Assembly (NCBI GenBank): GCA_965219535.1
Contig: CBDCNV010000002.1
Coordinates: forward strand, 450,001 to 482,000
Reading direction: 5' to 3'
From: Opitutales bacterium
GTDB taxonomy: Bacteria; Verrucomicrobiota; Verrucomicrobiia; Opitutales; PNEW01
DNA: 32,000 nucleotides
The notes beneath the pieces were generated by a model. It searched no databases. It was not told where the DNA came from and saw only the letters and a list, made by a program, of their open reading frames with translations. This document shows, piece by piece, positions 1 through 7,891 of the stretch. How positions within the stretch are numbered: position 1 is the first letter of the stretch; every line of letters begins with the position of its first letter. Position numbers and translations under genes: made by a program.

Positions 1-2
1 TG

Positions 3-1139
3 AAAGCCAGGCTGAAAGGCGGTCGCCCGGGACCGACCCTGGCCCTCATGGGTGAACTCGATGCGTTGCTTGTGCCGGACCACCCACGAGCAAATGTGGA
101 GACTGGTGCCGCTCACGCCTGTGGTCACAATGCTCAGATTGCCGGATTACTCGGCGCGGCCCGGGGGTTAGTAGATTCAGGTGCAGCTGAACATCTGGCG
201 GGTGAGATAGTATTTTTTGCTGTGCCGGCTGAGGAATATGTAGAGTTGGAATACCGTTTAGGCCTGGTTAAAGAGGGCAAGACCACGTTTCTGGCGGGTA
301 AACCAGAACTGGTTCAGCTCGGTCATTTCGATGATATCGATATGGCAATGATGATTCATAGCATCAACGCCGACCGAATGAATGGAGCGATGGGAGTTTC
401 TGCTTCTTCAAATGGTTTTGTCGCAAAAAGTATTCGCTTTGTCGGTCAGGCCGCCCATGCAGGGGTTGAGCCTGAAAAAGGCGTTAACGCCTTAAACGCG
501 GCCCAATTGGCAATTAGTGGAATCAATGCACAGCGAGAAACATTTCGCGATGAGGATTGTGTGCGGGTGCATCCGATTATTACTAAAGGTGGCGATCTTG
601 TAAATATCGTCCCTGCTGAGGTGCGTATGGAAACTTATGTTCGCGCGCGTAGTCGGGAAGCCATCCTCGATGCCGATCTCAAAGTCGAACGCGCACTCAA
701 AGGAGCCGCCCTGGCCATTGGTTGCCAGGTGGAAATTGAAACTGTGCCTGGTTATTTACCATTGAGAAACGATCCGGATATGACCCGTCTTTTCCGTGAA
801 AATGCCGGCCGTCTCTTTGGCATCAATCAATACCGGGACTATCCGCATATAGGTGGTTCGACGGATGCGGGAGATTTAAGTCAGATAATGCCATTATTGC
901 ACCCCTTCATGTCTGGAGCACGTGGCACAGTGCACAGTCCCGATTGGCATATCGCCGATACAAACGCCGGTTACATTGCGCCGGCCAAGACACTGGCAAT
1001 GATGGCCGTAGATCTTTTACACGAGGATAAAAATCTGGCACAGGATATTGTCACCAAGCACAAACCGGCTTTAACGAAGGAAGAGTATTTGAAGCAGCAG
1101 CGCGCAGTTTTTCGTAATGATGTTTTTACCGATGGGTAG
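3..1139 (+). CDS. M20-family amidohydrolase (AbgB/hippurate-hydrolase-like), N-terminus outside window
   Basis: The frame is open from position 3 (KARLKGGRPGPTLAL precedes the first Met), so the true start is upstream of the window. The motifs ELDAL and GAAHACGHNAQIAG (HxCGH metal site of M20D/AbgB-type enzymes) and FFAVPAEE are present. Confidence 0.8.
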   Translation, partial: KARLKGGRPGPTLALMGELDALLVPDHPRANVETGAAHACGHNAQIAGLLGAARGLVDSGAAEHLAGEIVFFAVPAEEYVELEYRLGLVKEGKTTFLAGKPELVQLGHFDDIDMAMMIHSINADRMNGAMGVSASSNGFVAKSIRFVGQAAHAGVEPEKGVNALNAAQLAISGINAQRETFRDEDCVRVHPIITKGGDLVNIVPAEVRMETYVRARSREAILDADLKVERALKGAALAIGCQVEIETVPGYLPLRNDPDMTRLFRENAGRLFGINQYRDYPHIGGSTDAGDLSQIMPLLHPFMSGARGTVHSPDWHIADTNAGYIAPAKTLAMMAVDLLHEDKNLAQDIVTKHKPALTKEEYLKQQRAVFRNDVFTDG

Positions 1140-1197
1140 AAAGCGGGAAAGCCGGGAGACCAGAAAACCAGATAGTCAGAAGGCGGGAAGACCGGGG
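1139..1197 (+). repeat. Array of degenerate 8-nt repeats (GAAAGCGG GAAAGCCG GGAGACCA GAAAACCA GATAGTCA GAAGGCGG GAAGACCG)
   Basis: Read directly from the sequence. The 8-nt register starts at the last bases of the M20 stop codon and fills most of the spacer before the next gene. Confidence 0.7.
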
Positions 1198-1224
1198 TGA
1201 ATGCTAGTAGGGGTAATAATTTAA

Positions 1225-1833
1225 ATGAAGCAAGTAGAGGTTACTGTTTTTGTCGATTTCGTCTGCCCCTATTGCTATATTGGAGCGGAACGCGTGAGGC
1301 GGCTGGAGAACGAATTTGGAATTGAGGTTAAGTGGAAAAGTTTTGAGTTACATCCCGAGGCGCCTGATGGGGGCATTCCTCCCTCCATGTATTATGAGAA
1401 TAATTCTGGACTTAAAAGTATCTCCGAAAATGCGCGCATGCTCGCAAGGGAGGCCGCACTCACTTTAGGTACGCATGTTGTTTACTCGAATTCACGTCTG
1501 GCGCTGGAATTAGGAGTTTGGGCAGATGAGCAGGGGAGAGGGCCCGACTACCGGGACGCCCTATTTGATTCCTACTTTCATCGGCTTCAAGATATCGGGG
1601 ATGGAGAGGTGCTGTTAGCGATCGCGGAATCAATTCAAATGTCCAGAGAAGATGCCCATGGGTGCATCGATAGTCGTGCGAAGAAATCTACAGTTGATGC
1701 ACAAATAAATGAAGCGAGTCAGTTGGGTATCAGTGGTGTCCCTACCTATATCATTGGAAAAGAATACATCTCGGGTGCGCAGCCCTACGGATTAATCAGA
1801 GAAATTTATCAAAGAGCTGCGGCTGGCAAATAA
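1225..1833 (+). CDS. DsbA/FrnE-like thiol:disulfide oxidoreductase
   Basis: 202 aa. It has an N-terminal FVDFVCPYCY (CxxC in a thioredoxin-fold context) and a C-terminal GISGVPTYIIG, typical of the DsbA-like family. Confidence 0.8.
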   Translation: MKQVEVTVFVDFVCPYCYIGAERVRRLENEFGIEVKWKSFELHPEAPDGGIPPSMYYENNSGLKSISENARMLAREAALTLGTHVVYSNSRLALELGVWADEQGRGPDYRDALFDSYFHRLQDIGDGEVLLAIAESIQMSREDAHGCIDSRAKKSTVDAQINEASQLGISGVPTYIIGKEYISGAQPYGLIREIYQRAAAGK

Positions 1834-1867
1834 CCAGGATCCAAGCGGGTGATTATGAGAGGCTAAT

Positions 1868-2647
1868 ATGAGCATTAACAACATTGATAAATTCAAGGAA
1901 AAGATCCAACGCGGTGAACTCTGTATCGGTACGAGTGTAACTTTTACCGATTCGGCTATCAGTGAACTTCTAGGTGATGTTGGGTATGATTTCACCTGGA
2001 TAGACATGGAGCACTGTCCCATTGATATTAATATGGCCTTGCAGCATGTCATGGCAGTGCGCGGTACACATGCGGCACCCTTTATTCGAGTGCTATCAGG
2101 TGATCCCATAACGATTAAACCTATTCTCGAACTTCACCCCGCCGCGATTATTATCCCGCAGGTTCAGACAGTAGAAGACGTGACGAGAGCAGTCGCCGCT
2201 TGCAAGTATCCACCTAAAGGACAACGTGGTTTTGGCCCTCGCAGGGGACGTCAGTTTGGAGGCATCTCATACCCGGAATATTTAAAAGATGCCGATGATC
2301 AGATTATGGTGATTGTTCAGATCGAACACATAGATGCGGTCGTGGCGCTCGATGAAATCTTAACTGTTTCAGGCCTGGATGGTCTATGTCTTGGATTTAA
2401 CGACCTGGCGGGATCCATGGGTTTTTCGGGACAGATCACCCATCCGCAGGTAATAGCAGCGGCCGATGAAGTGATTAAGAAAACGTGCCAAACCGAAAAA
2501 TCGATAGGCATTGCCATGGGATATGATCCCCCTGCGATAAATACCTGGATTGAGAAAGGTATTCATTGGATCTCTATCGGTAGCGATTTCTTTAACTTAT
2601 TCAACTACTCCAGGCAAATGTTAGAAGAGCTACGCACGCGACGGTGA
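1868..2647 (+). CDS. HpcH/HpaI-family 2-keto-3-deoxy-acid aldolase
   Basis: 259 aa. The motifs WIDMEHCPID, APFIRV, IIIPQV, VQIEH and DGLCLGFNDLA match class II HpcH/HpaI aldolases. Confidence 0.8.
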   Translation: MSINNIDKFKEKIQRGELCIGTSVTFTDSAISELLGDVGYDFTWIDMEHCPIDINMALQHVMAVRGTHAAPFIRVLSGDPITIKPILELHPAAIIIPQVQTVEDVTRAVAACKYPPKGQRGFGPRRGRQFGGISYPEYLKDADDQIMVIVQIEHIDAVVALDEILTVSGLDGLCLGFNDLAGSMGFSGQITHPQVIAAADEVIKKTCQTEKSIGIAMGYDPPAINTWIEKGIHWISIGSDFFNLFNYSRQMLEELRTRR

Positions 2648-2713
2648 GAACCGGAGATTGGGAGGACCGGAAAGCCAGAAAGCCGGAGGACCAAGTGGCC
2701 AGAAGGCTGGAGC
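2646..2713 (+). repeat. Array of degenerate 8-nt repeats (GAGAACCG GAGATTGG GAGGACCG GAAAGCCA GAAAGCCG GAGGACCA AGTGGCCA GAAGGCTG)
   Basis: Read directly. The array begins inside the aldolase stop codon and belongs to the same family as 1139-1197. It is inverted relative to 3284-3358. Confidence 0.75.
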
Positions 2714-2734
2714 TTTTGTTTTTAAAATTATAAA

Positions 2735-2760
2735 ATTATGATCAGGGAGTTAATCATAAT
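2735..2760. promoter_or_regulatory. Palindrome ATTATGAT-N10-ATCATAAT in the AT-rich leader of the four-helix-bundle gene
   Basis: A perfect 8-bp inverted repeat (2735-2742 / 2753-2760) lies about 140 nt upstream of the ATG at 2899. Its function is not known. Confidence 0.2.
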
Positions 2761-2898
2761 GGATAATAGTCCGATTAAGTGTATGAGCATTCTTACATAA
2801 TAGTTTCTTTCGCGTGTCTTGAAGAATTCCCAATGTACTTGAAATCCTGAAAACCAGCCCACCTAAATTGTTGGGAGTCACTATTCAGAATTTAATCG

Positions 2899-3282
2899 AT
2901 GAAAATTCAGTATCATTGGAATCTTAATGTCTACAAATCCGCAACAGATATTCGCAGCCGTATTTTTAAAATAAGCAATAGTTTCCCTAGAGAAGAATTG
3001 TTTAGTTTGACTAACCAGATCAGCAGATCATCACGTGCATTATGCGCACAAATTGCTGAGGCATGGGGAAGACGCATTTATAAAGATGACTCTGTGAATC
3101 GTTTAAACTTAGCTGAAAGTGAAGCCAGAGAGACACAAAGCTGGTTGGAAACGTCTGCTGAGTGCAATTATATCACAACAGAAACAAGCAAGGATTTGTC
3201 TGATTACTATCATGATATAATTGGACAGTTAATCCATATGGAAAATCATCCAGAGAAGTGGGTGATTAAAAAAAATAGATAA
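2899..3282 (+). CDS. Four-helix-bundle protein (23S rRNA intervening-sequence protein / Avd-like family)
   Basis: 127 aa. LNVYKSATDIRSRIFKISNSFPREELFSLTNQISRSSRALCAQIAEAWGRR is the characteristic pattern of this family (FP..E...L..Q..R...S...NIAEG..R). Confidence 0.85.
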   Translation: MKIQYHWNLNVYKSATDIRSRIFKISNSFPREELFSLTNQISRSSRALCAQIAEAWGRRIYKDDSVNRLNLAESEARETQSWLETSAECNYITTETSKDLSDYYHDIIGQLIHMENHPEKWVIKKNR

Positions 3283-3283
3283 A

Positions 3284-3358
3284 CTGGCCTTCCGGCTCTC
3301 AGGATGGCCGACCTTCTGGTAATCCAGCTTTCGGGTTCTCGGGCTTCCGACTCCAGGT
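3284..3358 (-). repeat. Inverted copy of the degenerate 8-nt repeat array
   Basis: The reverse complement reads ...GAAGCCCG AGAACCCG AAAGCTG GATTACCA GAAGGTCG GCCATCCT GAGAGCCG GAAGGCCA. It abuts the stop of the four-helix gene on one side and the stop of the PhyH gene on the other. Confidence 0.7.
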
Positions 3359-4273
3359 CTAATTTAACTGCTTCTTAGCATTAAACCACTCATCCCAGCT
3401 GGGCTTGTGTCCATCGGTAAGTACGGTAAGCGGCTCCCAGCCATTGGAACGCGCTTTATTATTTAAGTAATCTGCCGCCGCCCGCTCAGAATCAGACAAT
3501 GACCTTGCCTCCGGTGTTGCATGATTCCTGAAATCAATACTCCATCTGGATTTATTGGTTCTATTGAGTTTACTTGTGTGGACGGTTAGATTCGTGAGAA
3601 AGAGCACATCACCTACTTTCATCGGCAGGGGTGTCGGCGTCCCACGCATCTCGACATTATCCTCCATGCGAACAACATTATCTTCAGATCGCGCACCTTT
3701 GAGTAAGCCCCAGCGGTGACTTCCAGGAATAATCCAGAGACAGCCATTTTCAATCGAGGCATCGACCATCGGAACCCACACTGTTAGGATGTGCAGGTGT
3801 TCGGTCCCCTTTTTCCAAGTTCCGCGCACGGGCTCATTGTAGTAGAGACTATCCTGATGCCAGGGAAAAGATGTTTCTATACTGCCTGGCAGTTTACTTC
3901 GCAAGGCAGGTAACCCGTGATTGTTAACTTCAGGTCCGAGGAGAATACCTAAGATGCGTACAATTTCAGGATGCTTGTAAAGTTCGTAAAGAATCGGTCC
4001 ATAGCGCGCGAAATAGTCGATGCTAGACGGAAAAATGTTAAAATCAATTTTTGAAAGCGAGCGCTCCAAGCAGACGGCCGCTAAACGACTTTCGAACGAG
4101 AGGTTCTCGTGAAGCGATTTTAAATTACCTAGTTTAAACTGCTCATGAGCGTATTCGTCCACGCGTTGTGAGAGATAACCGCGAAGGGGATCGAGTTCGG
4201 CATTTTGAATAATATTCCGGACGATAACGAAGCCATTATCATGATAAGTTGATAATATTTCCTCTTTTCTCAT
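3359..4273 (-). CDS. Phytanoyl-CoA dioxygenase (PhyH) family Fe(II)/2-oxoglutarate oxygenase
   Basis: 304 aa. It has an N-terminal YHDNGFVIVRNII, a WHQD (HxD iron ligands), GCLWIIPGSH, and a distal VHTS...R. Confidence 0.8.
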   Translation of the reverse strand: MRKEEILSTYHDNGFVIVRNIIQNAELDPLRGYLSQRVDEYAHEQFKLGNLKSLHENLSFESRLAAVCLERSLSKIDFNIFPSSIDYFARYGPILYELYKHPEIVRILGILLGPEVNNHGLPALRSKLPGSIETSFPWHQDSLYYNEPVRGTWKKGTEHLHILTVWVPMVDASIENGCLWIIPGSHRWGLLKGARSEDNVVRMEDNVEMRGTPTPLPMKVGDVLFLTNLTVHTSKLNRTNKSRWSIDFRNHATPEARSLSDSERAAADYLNNKARSNGWEPLTVLTDGHKPSWDEWFNAKKQLN

Positions 4274-4347
4274 CGGTGGAAGGCGTATGCTGAATTCCGT
4301 AGAATTAGATGTTGCTCTGAATTATACAATGAGATAAATCGATAATT

Positions 4348-4752
4348 ATGATGAAACTTAAAAATAAGCTATTATTAATAGGAATTACTAGTGCCCTTGC
4401 ACTTGCCCCGATACAAGGGATAGCTTCGGGGACGAGTGGTCATGATACAAGTAAAGAGATGAGTGAACCCGAATTAAAACCCGCAGCGAGCAAATACAAA
4501 ACAGTGAATCTCGATATAAGTGGAATGGTTTGCACGAGTTGCTCAAATGGGGTCATCGCTTCGTTGAAAGATATTAATGGTGTTATAAAAACCGACATTT
4601 CCCATGTAGGAAACGGAGGTACGGTTGTATACGACCCAGTAAAAATGAACGAAAAAAAGATCTTAAAAGCCATTAGTAAATCCGGTTTCAAAGCTTCGAT
4701 AAAAAAGTCCAAAGACAGTAAAAAGACCGAGTCGGAAACAATATCTGGATAG
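4348..4752 (+). CDS. Secreted heavy-metal-associated (HMA) domain protein
   Basis: 134 aa. It has a signal-peptide-like N-terminus (KLLLIGITSALALAPIQGIASG) and the GMVCTSCSNGV (GMxCxxC) metal-binding motif. Confidence 0.75.
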   Translation: MMKLKNKLLLIGITSALALAPIQGIASGTSGHDTSKEMSEPELKPAASKYKTVNLDISGMVCTSCSNGVIASLKDINGVIKTDISHVGNGGTVVYDPVKMNEKKILKAISKSGFKASIKKSKDSKKTESETISG

Positions 4753-4936
4753 AGTATTTGTATGTGGAATTCATTCCACTACGACTTAGAGCATTAGGAA
4801 CACGATAACGAGTGTAGTGGTACCACGCAAGAGCGATACTACCGTCTACGCCTCACGCGAATGGGGCATTGCTTTAATGTATTATATATCGACTTCTATT
4901 GTGACACTCATAAGTATATTTTTAAAAATCACGACG

Positions 4937-5596
4937 ATGAAGTATTGGCTATCGTCTATCGTAGTCATTTTTTTAACCTGCACCCTGGTAGGCCAAAACG
5001 ATAGTCAATTCACTGAATTATTTATACGCGCTGAAAATGGAGATGCATACGCCCAGAACAACCTGGGCGGAGTCTACTATACCGGCGATCGGGTTGAGCA
5101 AGATTATGGTGAAGCTTTCAAGTGGTTTCGCAAAGCAGCCCAACAAGATTATCCCCCAGCTCAAAGAAATCTTGGGATGTTATATGAAGAAGGACTTGGG
5201 GTACGGCAAAATTTCGAAAAAGCTTTTAAATGGTATCACAAAGCAGCTAAACAGGGACTCGCTCAAGCTCAGTATAACGTAGGCGAAATGTATACCTGGG
5301 GATTGGGTGTGGAACAGGATTATGTTGAAGCTTTTAAATGGCATCGGGAGGCAGCAGATAGGGATCATCCCGACGCGCAATTGAGACTTGGAGAAATGTA
5401 TGCCGTTGGATCAGGAGTAAAACAGGATTTTGTTTGGGCTTATACCTGGTATGCTATCGCGGCCGCAGGAGGGATATACGACGGCAGAGCGAATTCAATC
5501 GCTATTGAGAAAAAGATGACGAAAGAGCAAATTTTAGAAGCGAAGCGTAGAGCTAATAAATGGGTGCTTAAAAAATCTTCGCGAAGACCCCGGTAG
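4937..5596 (+). CDS. Sel1-repeat (TPR-like) secreted protein
   Basis: There are five or more Sel1 repeats (A.YNLG.MY..G.GV.QDY.EAFKW..KAA). I prefer the internal ATG at 4937 (MKYWLSSIVVIFLTCTLVG, signal-like) over the GTG at 4817 used by the ORF track. Confidence 0.8.
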   Translation: MKYWLSSIVVIFLTCTLVGQNDSQFTELFIRAENGDAYAQNNLGGVYYTGDRVEQDYGEAFKWFRKAAQQDYPPAQRNLGMLYEEGLGVRQNFEKAFKWYHKAAKQGLAQAQYNVGEMYTWGLGVEQDYVEAFKWHREAADRDHPDAQLRLGEMYAVGSGVKQDFVWAYTWYAIAAAGGIYDGRANSIAIEKKMTKEQILEAKRRANKWVLKKSSRRPR

Positions 5597-5917
5597 CGAA
5601 GTCATAGTCGAATCGCCATTCCTCGCCGTTCAATCTGACATTAAGTCAGATATCGTTCACTCCTTCAAGTGAACCTATGTCCATTAATAGTGCAATTGGG
5701 TTGAAGGGACAGATAAAAGACGCGTCAATTTTTTCTCTAAAACCTATCTCATTGAATATGGGGTGCTTGGAATGCGAACCGCAGAGGTTCTCATCATTCA
5801 ATGTCGTTGTTGGGATAGTGTATATTTCAAGTAAATAGATATACATATCCTATTTAAATCAGGTTAGATTATGATAGTTATTGCAAAATATTAATGGCTT
5901 TGTATGCTGGTGATAAT

Positions 5918-5971
5918 TATCGATAAAAATCTACTACTACTATTTTTCTATCGATAAAAAAACTACTACTG
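5918..5971 (+). promoter_or_regulatory. Two direct repeats TATCGATAAAAA-N2-CTACTACT(A/G) spaced 31 nt apart, upstream of the peptidase-like lipoprotein gene
   Basis: 5918-5940 (tatcgataaaaatctactactac) and 5949-5971 (tatcgataaaaaaactactactg) lie 33-86 nt upstream of the GTG at 6004. Confidence 0.3.
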
Positions 5972-6003
5972 AATAATTAGAAAGCCTGAAATGGGGGAAT
6001 TAA

Positions 6004-6504
6004 GTGACGAGAAAAATTCGCTGTGCGCAGTTGATTAATAATCTCTGCCTGGTAGTAATCACGCTATTACTAGCGGCTTGCAATACCACTACCGTAATAA
6101 AATCACCGACGCCCACGGCGCCGGTTTCAAAAGCAAAAGCTCATTATATAGCTTCTGAAATCAGTGAGTCGATTTCCGGAAGTATCATCGGTCAGGGTTA
6201 TGGCGAGTCGATGAATCCGATAATGGGGGATAATACGATATTAATTATTAAGTCCGTGCCCTTTGATGATTTAGAGGAAGGCATGATCGTCGCCTATAGA
6301 GATAAAGATGCCAATCGCATTGTACACCAATTGGTCTTAAAGGTTAATGAAAGCGATGTTGCTAAAGGGTGGAATAATAAAAAGGTCGATAACGAATATG
6401 TAACTGAAGATAATTTAATCGGGGTAATCTTAGGCATGATGTATTACGATGTAAAAGAAGATGAAAACTTAGAACAGCCCAAGTATTTACTAAGAAAAGA
6501 ATAA
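6004..6504 (+). CDS. Lipoprotein with an S24/S26 (LexA/signal-peptidase-I-like) serine peptidase domain
   Basis: 166 aa with a GTG start preceded by GGGGGA. It has a lipobox (LLLAAC) and GESMNPIMGDNTILII followed by GMIVAYRD...IVHQLV, which resembles the GxSMxP catalytic-Ser fold. Confidence 0.6.
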   Translation: MTRKIRCAQLINNLCLVVITLLLAACNTTTVIKSPTPTAPVSKAKAHYIASEISESISGSIIGQGYGESMNPIMGDNTILIIKSVPFDDLEEGMIVAYRDKDANRIVHQLVLKVNESDVAKGWNNKKVDNEYVTEDNLIGVILGMMYYDVKEDENLEQPKYLLRKE

Positions 6505-6596
6505 TCGGTTGATCGGACCGAGAAAGTATTAAGATTAGATTTTTTGCTTCGTCTACAAATCTGAGAAGTAAACTCAGAGTCGAATGCAGGTAAATA

Positions 6597-6700
6597 GCGC
6601 ACCTGCCGCGGGTGAGTAATGTAACTGAAACGCGTGATCACCCGCTGCTCAATATTCTTGAACAGCGGCGCATCAGACGGACCCCTCTGGGGTGCAGGGT
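6597..6700 (+). other. Structured about 100-nt intergenic segment (three hairpins inside a closing stem), candidate cis-regulatory or small RNA
   Basis: - Closing stem CCTGC 6602-6606 / GCAGG 6694-6698.
- GCGGGTGA 6608-6615 / TCACCCGC 6638-6645.
- CCGCTGCTCAA 6642-6652 / TTGAACAGCGG 6658-6668, 10 of 11 paired; it overlaps the previous stem by 4 nt.
- ACCCC 6681-6685 / GGGGT 6689-6693.

The strand is not established. Confidence 0.25.
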
Positions 6701-6790
6701 ATGATACATTTCTAAGTTATCAGTATAATCTTGTCTTCCTAAATTTTCTATAGTCTTTTTAAATTAACTTTTAACGATGAGAAAAAAATA

Positions 6791-7828
6791 ATGTGTGCGA
6801 CTTTCAAAGTTGGGGTAACGAGAGATTCACTGAACGATGAGGGTAAATTAGTTTTTAAAGACCTTGGTCTCGAAATTCTGGATCAAGCGGAGAACATTAA
6901 CTACGACTTTCTCGAAAAGTATGAATCCATTATGCCGCCGGAACTTATTAAGGATGTGGATGGAGTCATTTCTTTATCACCGACTTATAACAAAAATACC
7001 CTGCAAGGGGGCGGCGAGCGGTTGATCGCAATTGCTCGGCTCGGCGTCGGTTATGACAACGTCGATGTAAAAGCTTGCACAGATTCGGACGTCGCGTTGT
7101 TAACTGCGCGAGGCACAGTGAACTACCCGATGGCGGAAGCGACGATCGGCTGGATGCTTGCATTGAATCACCACATTTTCATTAAAGATCAGCTGGTACG
7201 CACAGGGAAGTGGGACGATCGAAATCTTTATATGGGAACCGAACTCCGGGATCGCACAATGGGAGTCGTTGGCGTCGGTGGTATTGGAGGGACACTCGTT
7301 AAGCTACTGAAGACCTTCAAAATGAAGGAGACTCTTGGCTTTGATCCGTATTTAAGCGAAGACAAAGCCAGGCAACTCGGGGTCAAACTGGTCGATCTCA
7401 ATACCTTGATGAGTGAAGCCGACTATATTTCTGTAAACTGTCCATTAGTGGAGGAGACGCGTAATCTTATCGATGCGGAACAACTCGCGATGATGAAGCC
7501 TACAGCTTACTTAATCACTACGGCGCGGGGAGGAATCGTCAATGAATCAGCATTAGTTAATGCACTCCGAAACAAGGCGATTGCAGGTGCTGCAGTCGAT
7601 GTATTTGAAGAGGAACCATCGGGGGTAAACAATCCCTATTCTGAATTGGATAATGTTATTCTCGCTCCGCATGCCATTGGATGGACGGATGAATTGTACC
7701 GCGATATGGGCAGTATGTGTTGTCGCCAAATGGTATCACTATCAAAAGGTGAGATACCCGAGGGCCTGATAAACAGGGAAGTACTGGAGAGACAAGGATT
7801 CAGGAATAAACTGGAGAAATTTAAGTAG
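6791..7828 (+). CDS. D-isomer-specific 2-hydroxyacid dehydrogenase (NAD-binding)
   Basis: 345 aa. It has the GVVGVGGIGGTLVKLL Rossmann motif, TTARGGIV, AAVDVFEEEP, and ILAPHAIGWT (catalytic His context). Confidence 0.85.
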   Translation: MCATFKVGVTRDSLNDEGKLVFKDLGLEILDQAENINYDFLEKYESIMPPELIKDVDGVISLSPTYNKNTLQGGGERLIAIARLGVGYDNVDVKACTDSDVALLTARGTVNYPMAEATIGWMLALNHHIFIKDQLVRTGKWDDRNLYMGTELRDRTMGVVGVGGIGGTLVKLLKTFKMKETLGFDPYLSEDKARQLGVKLVDLNTLMSEADYISVNCPLVEETRNLIDAEQLAMMKPTAYLITTARGGIVNESALVNALRNKAIAGAAVDVFEEEPSGVNNPYSELDNVILAPHAIGWTDELYRDMGSMCCRQMVSLSKGEIPEGLINREVLERQGFRNKLEKFK

Positions 7829-7891
7829 ACGGGCCCCCGCCTGGAAAGGCATTGACAATGGTGAGGAAGACGAAGGTTTAAAAACACCATC

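Noticed and set aside
1-47. The window start (TGAAAGCCAGGCTGAAAGGCGG) resembles the 8-mer array words
   Set aside because: It translates in frame as KARLKGGRPGPTLAL, continuous with the M20 amidohydrolase, and matches the expected family sequence before ELDAL. I treat it as coding and the resemblance as coincidence.
2899-3282. Diversity-generating retroelement, because the four-helix-bundle protein shares the Avd fold and family
   Set aside because: No reverse transcriptase ORF is present anywhere in the window. I found no template/variable repeat pair with adenine-specific differences. The flanking repeats are short-period arrays, not TR/VR.
1139-3358. CRISPR array, because of the short regularly spaced repeats (also at 26442-26469 and 27659-27686)
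   Set aside because: The units are 7-10 nt, directly abutting and degenerate, with no unique spacers. There are no cas genes in the window.
5646-5846. 66-aa minus-strand ORF in the Sel1/peptidase spacer
   Set aside because: It has no motif, no obvious RBS, and no partner genes on that strand. I left it unannotated, so the 407-nt spacer remains unexplained.
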